Below are positions 50,034-57,772 of a DNA stretch of 63,718 nt, one piece after another; the stretch's first letter is position 1; each line of letters begins with the position of its first letter. The translations under genes and the position numbers were made by a program. The notes beneath the pieces were generated by a model. It was not told where the DNA came from. It did no database searches and saw only the letters and a program-made list of their open reading frames with translations. This DNA comes from Eubacteriales bacterium. Lineage in GTDB: Bacteria > Bacillota > Clostridia > Oscillospirales > CAG-272. The stretch is taken from assembly GCA_045531485.1 (NCBI GenBank), contig JAZSEC010000061.1, positions 1 to 63,718 of the forward strand, written 5' to 3'.

Positions 50034-52139
50034 ATGAAAAAATTACTGTCTTTATTATTAATGCTTATCCTTGTGCTGACTCTTGCGGCCTGCGTTAACA
50101 ACAACGGCGATCAGGGTGGCAATAATGACGGCGGCAACAATGACGGTGGTGACGGTGGCGAGCACGTTTGTGACTTCCAGATCACCGAAAGCAAGCCCGC
50201 TACCTGTGAGGCAGACGGCTATGAAAAGCTTGCCTGCTCCTGCGGTGAAACTAAGGAAAATACCCTTACCGCACTTGGTCACGACATTCAGCCTAACGGC
50301 GGCATGGCTGCAAGCTGTACCAGAAAGGGTGTTGAATACAACAAGTGTACCCGTTGCAACAAATCCGAAAATAAGATGATACCCGCACTGGGCCACGAGT
50401 TTGGTCAGCCTACCGAGGCGTCCAGATTCGCTTACTGCAGCAGAGAGGGCTGCACCATGTCCGAGCCCGCGTTCCCCAAGTCGGGACAGCATTCGGAAAG
50501 CCTTAAGTTCGTGTTCGGCGAATCTCATAAGACCGCCCTTTCCGACAAGCACGACGAGGTGGTAGCACTTCTTGAGGCTGCTGACGCATACGATCCCGCC
50601 CTTCACGGCTATGCTGAGAGCGGTGAGCTTTACGATCTCTACTCGGTTGTTGAGGACGCATACGAGGAATACACCGATATGGTTTACTTTGCAATGGACC
50701 AGTATTCCATCGCCATGACACTCTACTACTGTAACTACAACGTTCCCTCTTACGAAACCGCCTACAACGAGATGGCTGACTACTACACCGGCCTGGTTTC
50801 CAAGTACTATTCGCTCTCTCAGCCCTGGTACGACTCCATGTACCGTGAGTTCTTCTTCTACGGTGCTACCGAGGAGGAGATCAACGCCTTCCTCTTTGAC
50901 AGTAACGCACTCGCTAATCCCGAGTACTCGGCTCTTAAGGAGAGAAACACCGCCATCGAGCTTGAGTTCAACAACATTGAGGATCCCATAAACAGCGACC
51001 TCGTTCCCGTGCTTTACGCCGAGATGGTTGAGAATAATAACAGAATGGCAGTTATCCTCGGCTATGACAACTACCTTGAGTACGCTTATGCCGACGTATA
51101 CGACAGAGAATATACCTATGAGGACGTTGCGAAATTCACCGAGTTCGTTAAGGAGTACATAGCTCCCATTTACAGCAGGGTAGCATACGATTACTCTATT
51201 CTTATGTCCAACGGTGGCGACTATACTCAGAAGGATATTGACGGCTTCTACGGTCTTGCTCTCTATTCCTTCTTCACCAACGAGCTTTCCAACGTGGTGT
51301 TCAACGACTTTATCGACGAGATGAACATGGGCTTCACCTCTAATCCCGATAAGCAGTTCTCCTTCTCCGACGTGCTTAACGCACTTTGTGCAGACGGTAA
51401 CCTATTCAGAGGCTCCTACGAGGGTGCATACGTTACATATCTTTATGATAACGAGCTTCCCATCGCATACTTCGGTGGCAACGGTTACGATACTCCTCTT
51501 ACCGTATCTCACGAGTTCGGTCACTACATGAACGAGATCTATAACAGATCCGAGTACGATCAGTCCTACGACCTTCTTGAGTCCCACTCTCAGGGTCACG
51601 AGATGCTCTTCATCCACTTTGCTAAGGGCTACGTAACTCCCATGGCATATAAGCTTGCCGAGACCTACGAGCTTTACTCTATGCTCGGTGCGGTTATCAG
51701 AGGCCTTCGTATCGACTGCTTCGAGCGTGCTATATACCTTAACGAGTACAACGGCACCCGTTCCAACGTGATCATGGCAGACGGCAAGATCTCTCCCGAC
51801 GAGTACGATCTTCTTTACGCTAGTATCGGTGAGGACTTCGGCCTTGTTGACAGTGCCGACGACCTTGAGTACTGGAGATACGGTATGACCATTACCTCTC
51901 CCTGCTACTACGTATCCTACTCCATTTCCGCTATCAACGCACTTCAGATCTATGCTAAGATCGATAACGAGTCCTTTGACGCGGCTAAGGAAAGCTACCT
52001 TAAGCTTATCACCTACACCGACGTAGATCCCGAGATGGGCTTTGAGGACGTTATCCTTTACGCAGGACTTACCTCCTATAACGACGAGCAGACCTATAAG
52101 ACTATCTCCGATTTCTTCAATAGGAGATGGGGAGAATAA
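50034..52139 (+). CDS. Lipoprotein zinc metallopeptidase (HEFGH; M3/oligoendopeptidase-F-like) with two N-terminal Cys modules
   Basis: Lipobox LAAC. HEFGHYMNE (HExxH) with a downstream Glu candidate. 701 aa. Confidence 0.55.
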   Translation: MKKLLSLLLMLILVLTLAACVNNNGDQGGNNDGGNNDGGDGGEHVCDFQITESKPATCEADGYEKLACSCGETKENTLTALGHDIQPNGGMAASCTRKGVEYNKCTRCNKSENKMIPALGHEFGQPTEASRFAYCSREGCTMSEPAFPKSGQHSESLKFVFGESHKTALSDKHDEVVALLEAADAYDPALHGYAESGELYDLYSVVEDAYEEYTDMVYFAMDQYSIAMTLYYCNYNVPSYETAYNEMADYYTGLVSKYYSLSQPWYDSMYREFFFYGATEEEINAFLFDSNALANPEYSALKERNTAIELEFNNIEDPINSDLVPVLYAEMVENNNRMAVILGYDNYLEYAYADVYDREYTYEDVAKFTEFVKEYIAPIYSRVAYDYSILMSNGGDYTQKDIDGFYGLALYSFFTNELSNVVFNDFIDEMNMGFTSNPDKQFSFSDVLNALCADGNLFRGSYEGAYVTYLYDNELPIAYFGGNGYDTPLTVSHEFGHYMNEIYNRSEYDQSYDLLESHSQGHEMLFIHFAKGYVTPMAYKLAETYELYSMLGAVIRGLRIDCFERAIYLNEYNGTRSNVIMADGKISPDEYDLLYASIGEDFGLVDSADDLEYWRYGMTITSPCYYVSYSISAINALQIYAKIDNESFDAAKESYLKLITYTDVDPEMGFEDVILYAGLTSYNDEQTYKTISDFFNRRWGE

Positions 52140-52163
52140 TTGCTCGGTGCAGCTGAATTTCTA

Positions 52164-52194
52164 AGAGTCGGGCAAATTGCCCGACTCTTTTTTC
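52164..52194 (+). terminator. Intrinsic terminator
   Basis: AGAGTCGGGC-AAATT-GCCCGACTCT followed by T6. Confidence 0.85.
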
Positions 52195-52265
52195 TTAAAA
52201 TCACTTGCTAAGGCGGGATTTTTATTATATAATAAATATAATAAATCTCAAAAAGGGAAGAAAAA

Positions 52266-53768
52266 ATGAGGACAAGAGAAATTATTATCATCATAGGACT
52301 TTGTCTGTCGCTTCTTTTGTTCGGAGTGATAGCCGTTCTTGATCAGGCGGTGGATCCTACCGATAATACAAACCCCAATATACGGGAGAATAATATACCC
52401 GCCAAGACGGCTATGATGCATCATCTGATAGAGGGGCTTTCCACCATTGACAAGGAGGGCAGGACATATATCCATCTTGACTCCTATGACGTAAACGAGC
52501 TGCTATACTCCCTCCTTCCGAAGCTGGATTTCGGCTCGGTAAAGGCGAGGAGCATATATATCGAAGAAAGCGAGTCGGGTCACCGACTCTGTATGCCTGT
52601 GCAGATATTCGGCTTTAAGACCATGCTGTCGGGCGAGGTCATAATGTTCACCGAGGGCGATAATATCTGTGCTACGGTAAGCGATCTTCGCGTGGCAAAG
52701 CTCCCCTTGGACGAGGGCTCGCTTTCGGGCGTCAAGGGTATGATAATATCCATGCTTATGGAGCAGGGAATAATCGCCTACTTCGACGGTGTAACGCTGA
52801 ATCTCACAGTGACCAGAGAGGCGATCGGTAATCTTATAGCTCTGAGATATAAGAACGATCCCAACCTTGATCTTATCAACGCTATGTACAGCCTTATTAT
52901 GCTTAAGACCGACTCGGTCAGCATCGACGTGGCAAGTCCCACGGATATAAGGATCCTTGCCGATTTCGGCAGCCTCGGTATGACTGAGGAGGGTAGATTC
53001 TCGGGTCTTAATGCATACGTTACCGATCTTCTTAGCCGTGGTGTAATCGGCAAGGAGCATACCGATCTTATATCAAAATACTACCTGAACGGCTATTCCT
53101 CGCTTACCGAGGAGGAGGGCGACGCGGTAAAGCAGCTTCTCTCTGCCGAGATTGGCGAGGAGGAGATAGCCTCCTATGGCGGCCTTATTGAAAGGGGTAG
53201 TCTGTCGATCACCCAGCTGCTTATCTCTCAGCTCGACGTTGGCAATTCCTTCACCCCCGGCTTTAAGATCTCCGACGGAGATATCAACACACTTATGACC
53301 TCGCTTCCGGTTATCGGCACGGTCTGGACGATGACAAGCTACCGTGACGGCGGCTTTGCCTATATCGCTATCAGCGACGTCCTGTGCGATATCTCGGATG
53401 ACCTTATCAGCATCAGCGTAGGACTTGAGGTAAACGGACGGGTAATTAATATATCTGCGGAATTTGCAACGGGTGAGTCACCGCTGGTTGCCGTAAGAGG
53501 TATGCTGGTCGGTGCTTCGGTGGGTAGCATCCGTCTTGACGAGGGCGAGATGGATCTGATCTTCGGCTTTATGTGCGATCACTTAAACGAGGATTGGATA
53601 TACACCGACAGAGAGGGAAGGACGGTTACCTTAGACTTTACCTTCGCCTTTTCGGACAGCCCACTGCTCAGCTTTCTTCTCAGCAGCAGGCATATAGTTT
53701 CCTCCTGCCATCGACGTCCGACCAATGACGGAGGGTATATAAATATCACCTTCCGATTATTCGGGTAA
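52266..53768 (+). CDS. Hypothetical membrane-anchored protein (N-terminal TM helix, internally duplicated extracytoplasmic domain)
   Basis: One N-terminal TM helix. Two similar segments begin LDSYDVNELLYSLLPKL and ISDGDINTLMTSLPVIG. I recognise no family with confidence. Confidence 0.5.
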   Translation: MRTREIIIIIGLCLSLLLFGVIAVLDQAVDPTDNTNPNIRENNIPAKTAMMHHLIEGLSTIDKEGRTYIHLDSYDVNELLYSLLPKLDFGSVKARSIYIEESESGHRLCMPVQIFGFKTMLSGEVIMFTEGDNICATVSDLRVAKLPLDEGSLSGVKGMIISMLMEQGIIAYFDGVTLNLTVTREAIGNLIALRYKNDPNLDLINAMYSLIMLKTDSVSIDVASPTDIRILADFGSLGMTEEGRFSGLNAYVTDLLSRGVIGKEHTDLISKYYLNGYSSLTEEEGDAVKQLLSAEIGEEEIASYGGLIERGSLSITQLLISQLDVGNSFTPGFKISDGDINTLMTSLPVIGTVWTMTSYRDGGFAYIAISDVLCDISDDLISISVGLEVNGRVINISAEFATGESPLVAVRGMLVGASVGSIRLDEGEMDLIFGFMCDHLNEDWIYTDREGRTVTLDFTFAFSDSPLLSFLLSSRHIVSSCHRRPTNDGGYINITFRLFG

Positions 53769-53787
53769 AATTTACCGAAAATTTTTC

Positions 53788-53817
53788 TTGACAAATAAAA
53801 TATCACTGTGATACAAT
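53788..53817 (+). promoter_or_regulatory. Strong promoter of the Cys-repeat peptide cassette
   Basis: TTGACA (53788-53793), 18-nt spacer, TGaTACAAT (-10 at 53812-53817). Confidence 0.7.
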
Positions 53818-53861
53818 AAAAACAACTAAAATAGGCACTCTGCCGAGAAAGGAATAAAACT

Positions 53862-54044
53862 ATGTTCAACTTAACTAACGAAGAAACCACGATGCTTAAC
53901 GAAAAGCTTGCTACCTGCGACGTTACCCCCATCAAGCATGAGAAGGGTGAGCGTGCCAAGAAGGACTGTGGAAGCGACTGCAAGGGTAAGTGCGGTGCTA
54001 CCTGTCAGGCTGTTTGTAAGTCTACCTGCTCGTCTCTCTTCTGA
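53862..54044 (+). CDS. 60-aa (CX3)5C-repeat RiPP precursor candidate
   Basis: MFNLTNEETTMLNEKLATCDVTPIKHEKGERAKKDCGSDCKGKCGATCQAVCKSTCSSLF. AAAGGAA RBS 7 nt upstream. A radical SAM/SPASM gene follows immediately. Confidence 0.8.
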   Translation: MFNLTNEETTMLNEKLATCDVTPIKHEKGERAKKDCGSDCKGKCGATCQAVCKSTCSSLF

Positions 54045-54047
54045 TAA

Positions 54048-55148
54048 ATGGCAGAGGCGAAGCGTAAGATCATAACAATAACCCTTACTCAGTCCTGCAA
54101 TCTTAATTGCACATATTGTTATGAGAAGAATAAATCCGCCAGAGAAATGAATATCGACCAGGTCAAGACCATTCTTGACGAGGCGTTAAACGACGATCGC
54201 TTTGACGAATACGAGATAGATTTCTTTGGCGGAGAGCCCTTCCTACGCTTTGATCTTATAAAGGAGGGCTTTGAATACGCACGTAATACCTATCCCGAGA
54301 AGCCTATGGCGTTTATGGCTACCACCAACGGTACTCTCGTCCACGGCGAGATAAAGGAATGGCTCCGCGAGCATTCCGACGTGTTCTGGTGCGGCCTTAG
54401 CCTTGACGGTACTAAGCGTATGCATGATATGAACCGCTCGGGCAGCTTTGATAGGATAGATATTAAGTTCTTTGCAGACACCTGGCCTAAGCAGGCTATG
54501 AAGATGACCGTATCTGCCGAGAGCCTTCCCTATCTTGCGGAGGGTATTATATTTATGCACGAGAACGGCTACGTTTTCACCTGCAATCTGGCTCACGATA
54601 TTGATTGGTCTAATCCCGATAACAAGGGCATCCTTGAGGGCGAGCTGATGAAGCTTATCGAGTATTATTTTGCTCATCCCGAGGTTAATCCCTGCCAGCT
54701 GCTTAACGTCCCCGTACATATGATAGCCGCCTCCGACCCCTCGGACAGCTTCCGTCAGTGCGGAGCAGGTGAGGAGATGTTCTCCTACGACGTTGACTGC
54801 AAGGCATACCCCTGCCAGTTCTTTATGCCCGTCACTCTCGGTGAGGAGAGGGCAGAGGAGGCACGCAGCCTGGTATTCCGTGAGGAGCTGTACAGAGAGG
54901 ATTTCCCAGAGCCCTGCTCCAGCTGTGTTGCACTGGGCATCTGTCAGAACTGCTACGGTGCTAACTATGAGAACACCGGCGACATTCTGAAGCGTGACGA
55001 GAACTGGTGCGAGCTGCAGAAGATCATATTCCGTGCTACCGCATATTTCAAGTGGAAGCTTTATACCATGGGCAGACTTGACTGTCCTGAGGACGAGATC
55101 GGATATAATCTGAAGGCAATTCAGATGATTATGAACGATCTTCATTAA
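54048..55148 (+). CDS. Radical SAM/SPASM peptide-modifying enzyme (anSME-like layout, no N-terminal RRE)
   Basis: CNLNCTYC at residues 17-24, a GGEP motif and C-terminal Cys clusters CGAG...DCKAYPC, CSSCVALGICQNC and WCE. 366 aa. It starts 3 nt after the peptide stop. Confidence 0.85.
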   Translation: MAEAKRKIITITLTQSCNLNCTYCYEKNKSAREMNIDQVKTILDEALNDDRFDEYEIDFFGGEPFLRFDLIKEGFEYARNTYPEKPMAFMATTNGTLVHGEIKEWLREHSDVFWCGLSLDGTKRMHDMNRSGSFDRIDIKFFADTWPKQAMKMTVSAESLPYLAEGIIFMHENGYVFTCNLAHDIDWSNPDNKGILEGELMKLIEYYFAHPEVNPCQLLNVPVHMIAASDPSDSFRQCGAGEEMFSYDVDCKAYPCQFFMPVTLGEERAEEARSLVFREELYREDFPEPCSSCVALGICQNCYGANYENTGDILKRDENWCELQKIIFRATAYFKWKLYTMGRLDCPEDEIGYNLKAIQMIMNDLH

Positions 55149-55160
55149 AATTTTTAGAAA

Positions 55161-55196
55161 AACATAGGGTTTATGCCCTATGTTTTTCTTTTTTCG
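55161..55196 (+). terminator. Intrinsic terminator closing the peptide-rSAM cassette
   Basis: CATAGGG-TTTATG-CCCTATG followed by TTTTTCTTTTTT. Confidence 0.85.
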
Positions 55197-55197
55197 C

Positions 55198-55227
55198 TTG
55201 AAAAATGCAAATGCTTTGTAGTATAAT
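55198..55227 (+). promoter_or_regulatory. Sigma-A promoter of the phosphofructokinase gene
   Basis: TTGAAA (55198-55203), 18-nt spacer, TATAAT (55222-55227). Confidence 0.6.
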
Positions 55228-55269
55228 TGAATTGAAATTAAAAATTTAATATGAAAAGGAGCACTATCT

Positions 55270-56499
55270 ATGAAACGCGGAAACGTTATGGTCGGACAGT
55301 CAGGCGGTCCTACCTCTGTTATCAACGCAAGCCTGGTCGGAGTTTTCAAGACTGCAAAGGACGAGGGCTGCGGAACCGTTTACGGTATGCGTAACGGTAT
55401 TGAAGGACTTCTTCAGGAAAGGTATATAGACATCTCCGATTATATCAAAAACGATCTTGACATCGAGCTTCTTAAGCGTACTCCCTCCTCCTTCCTAGGT
55501 ACCTGCCGTTTTAAGCTGCCCCACGCAGACAAGGCACCCGAGCTGTATGAGAAAATTTTTAAGATCCTTGAGGGACTTGACGTTAAGTATTTCTTCTACA
55601 TAGGCGGTAACGACTCTATGGATACCATTATGCAGCTGTCGGGCTATGCTACCAAGATCGGCTCTGACATTCGCTTTATGGGTGTTCCCAAGACCATTGA
55701 CAACGACCTTGCCTGCACCGACCACACTCCCGGCTACGGCTCTGCGGCAAAGTATATAGCCTCCACCATGAAGGAGATAATCCGCGACGCTAAGACCTAT
55801 CCCAACGATTCTGTTACCGTGGTTGAGATAATGGGACGTAACGCAGGCTGGCTTACTGCCGCTGCCGCACTCTCCAGATCCGAGGACTGTGACGGCCCCG
55901 ATCTTATCTATCTTCCCGAGATGGTATTCGATCACGATAAGTTCTTAAGCGAGATCAAGGAGAAGAAAAAGACTAACAAGGCGGTTATCGTAGCCGTTTC
56001 CGAGGGCATCAAGACTGCCGACGGCAAGTACGTCTGCGAGGCTAATAAGAACACCACTCTTGTCGACTCCTTCGGTCATAAGGCACTTGGCGGTACCGCA
56101 CTCTACCTCTCCGACTATCTTACCGACGAGCTTGGCATCAAGTGCCGCGGTATCGTGCTTTCCACCCTTCAGCGTTGTGCATCTCACCTTGTTTCCCGCC
56201 GCGATATTACCGAGGCGTTTATGGCTGGTGCTGATGCAGTTATGGCTGCTCTTCGCGGCGAAACCGGCAAGATGATCATCTTCAAGCGTATCTCCGACAA
56301 CCCCTATTCCATAGTTACCGACATTATGGATATCCGCGAGGTTGCGAACAAGGAAAAGTGCGTTCCTCTTGAGTGGATTACCGAAAACGGCACCTACGTA
56401 TCCGAGGAATTTGACGATTACGCCCGTCCTCTCATCATTGGCGAGCTTTCTCCCTTCATGGTAGACGGACTTCCCAGACATTTGTTTATCGACAAATAA
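55270..56499 (+). CDS. Phosphofructokinase, PPi-dependent-type signature
   Basis: GQSGGPTSVIN. GGNDS has Asp where ATP-PFKs have Gly in GGDG. PKTIDND has Lys where ATP-PFKs have Gly. 409 aa. Confidence 0.8.
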   Translation: MKRGNVMVGQSGGPTSVINASLVGVFKTAKDEGCGTVYGMRNGIEGLLQERYIDISDYIKNDLDIELLKRTPSSFLGTCRFKLPHADKAPELYEKIFKILEGLDVKYFFYIGGNDSMDTIMQLSGYATKIGSDIRFMGVPKTIDNDLACTDHTPGYGSAAKYIASTMKEIIRDAKTYPNDSVTVVEIMGRNAGWLTAAAALSRSEDCDGPDLIYLPEMVFDHDKFLSEIKEKKKTNKAVIVAVSEGIKTADGKYVCEANKNTTLVDSFGHKALGGTALYLSDYLTDELGIKCRGIVLSTLQRCASHLVSRRDITEAFMAGADAVMAALRGETGKMIIFKRISDNPYSIVTDIMDIREVANKEKCVPLEWITENGTYVSEEFDDYARPLIIGELSPFMVDGLPRHLFIDK

Positions 56500-56516
56500 A
56501 AATTAATATTCAATTA

Positions 56517-56540
56517 AGAGCCATCCTTCGGGGTGGCTCT
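56517..56540 (+). terminator. Hairpin terminator (weak U-tract) overlapping the next -35
   Basis: AGAGCCATCC-TTCG-GGGTGGCTCT. Confidence 0.55.
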
Positions 56541-56568
56541 TGACTTATCTCTTATTATATGATATAAT
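56540..56568 (+). promoter_or_regulatory. Consensus sigma-A promoter of the membrane LuxR regulator
   Basis: TTGACT (56540-56545), 17-nt spacer, TATAAT (56563-56568). Confidence 0.65.
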
Positions 56569-56626
56569 ATTTTTGATTTTAAAGAATAACTACCGTCACT
56601 TTTGACTGATGATGGCGGGGAGGTGA

Positions 56627-57595
56627 ATGGATTTGACAGCGGTGTATAGCATTCTTTTTGTTATTTCACTCATTATACCCATCGTGTATTTTATGATAAG
56701 CAAAAATAAGAGGGACCCTTGGATATTCCTTCTTCATATATCCATCTGTATAGTTAATCTCGGATACCTTATCCTTTCTGCATCCCGTAGCCTTGAGCTT
56801 GCTCTGTTTGCAAACAAGCTTGCCTATTTTGGTCAGATCTTCGTGATAATGTCTATGCTGCTGATAATCACCAGGCTCTGCGGATTTAAATTCGGCAAGG
56901 CTCTGCCCATCTCTCTGGTCGCGATCGGCTGTATTATGTTCGCACTGATCCTCACCACCGGACATCTTGACTGGTATTATAAGAGCGTAAGCCTTGAGTT
57001 CGTCGACGGTGCGGCAAAGCTGGTGAAGGAATACGGCCCCCTTCATCCCACCTATCTTATCTACGTCCTCGCTTATTTCGTAGCAATGCTGACGGTTATC
57101 TTCTATTCTGTAAATAAGAAGCGTGTCGGCTCTCAGAAGCTGGCGGGTCTTATGCTTGCGGTGGTTTTCTCTAACATCGGTATGTGGCTGGTGGAGAAGA
57201 TCGTTCCGCTTAATTTCGAGTTTCTCTCTGTATCCTATCTGATGAGCGAGATTATTCTGCTGATCACTAACTGGATGCTCAGCGATTACGTTCACGTAAG
57301 CGACGTTTCCACTCCCACAGAGGAAAGGCAGAGGGTCATTCTCGTCGGCTCGGGTGAAAGGCAGAAAAGGGTAGAGGAGATCATATCTCACCTTCCCGAG
57401 GGCACCTCGCTTTCACCAAGGCAGCTTGATATCCTTGAGGGCATTCTTGACGGCAGGACCAGGAAGGAGATCGCAGCAGATCTTCACCTCTCCGAGAATA
57501 CTGTAAAGATGCATACCTCCTCTCTGTATAAAGCCCTCGGCGTCTGTAGCCGAGATGAGATCTATGCAATGCTTGGCAGTGATAAAAATGATTAA
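56627..57595 (+). CDS. Membrane-embedded LuxR/FixJ-type HTH regulator (6-7 TM N-terminal domain plus C-terminal GerE HTH)
   Basis: C-terminal LSPRQLDILEGILDGRTRKEIAADLHLSENTVKMHTSSLYKALG. The N-terminal 220 aa are hydrophobic. The in-frame TTG at 56633 may be the true start, because it has better spacing from GGGGAGG. Confidence 0.8.
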   Translation: MDLTAVYSILFVISLIIPIVYFMISKNKRDPWIFLLHISICIVNLGYLILSASRSLELALFANKLAYFGQIFVIMSMLLIITRLCGFKFGKALPISLVAIGCIMFALILTTGHLDWYYKSVSLEFVDGAAKLVKEYGPLHPTYLIYVLAYFVAMLTVIFYSVNKKRVGSQKLAGLMLAVVFSNIGMWLVEKIVPLNFEFLSVSYLMSEIILLITNWMLSDYVHVSDVSTPTEERQRVILVGSGERQKRVEEIISHLPEGTSLSPRQLDILEGILDGRTRKEIAADLHLSENTVKMHTSSLYKALGVCSRDEIYAMLGSDKND

Positions 57596-57618
57596 AATGT
57601 AAAATAAAGCTTACAAAA

Positions 57619-57650
57619 AGACGGTTTTCACACCGTCTTTTTTCTTTTTC
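57619..57650 (+). terminator. Intrinsic terminator
   Basis: AGACGGT-TTTCAC-ACCGTCT followed by a long T-run. Confidence 0.85.
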
Positions 57651-57660
57651 TTTTGAAATA

Positions 57661-57700
57661 CACCCATAAAACACCCTTCCTTCACCCATAAAACACCCTT
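57661..57700 (+). promoter_or_regulatory. Two direct copies of CACCCATAAAACACCCTT (22-bp period) upstream of an extended -10 promoter
   Basis: Identical 18-mers at 57661-57678 and 57683-57700. TGcTATAAT has its -10 at 57732-57737, and there is no good -35. Confidence 0.6.
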
Positions 57701-57772
57701 TTATTTTATATATTTTTTCTCGTTGAATTGCTATAATTAAGACGTAAATAAATATTTTAAGGAGGGTATGTT

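Noticed and set aside
54243-55349. 368-aa minus-strand ORF covering the radical SAM gene
   Set aside because: It is antisense to a gene with clear CX3CX2C and SPASM motifs, and it runs through the terminator at 55161-55196.
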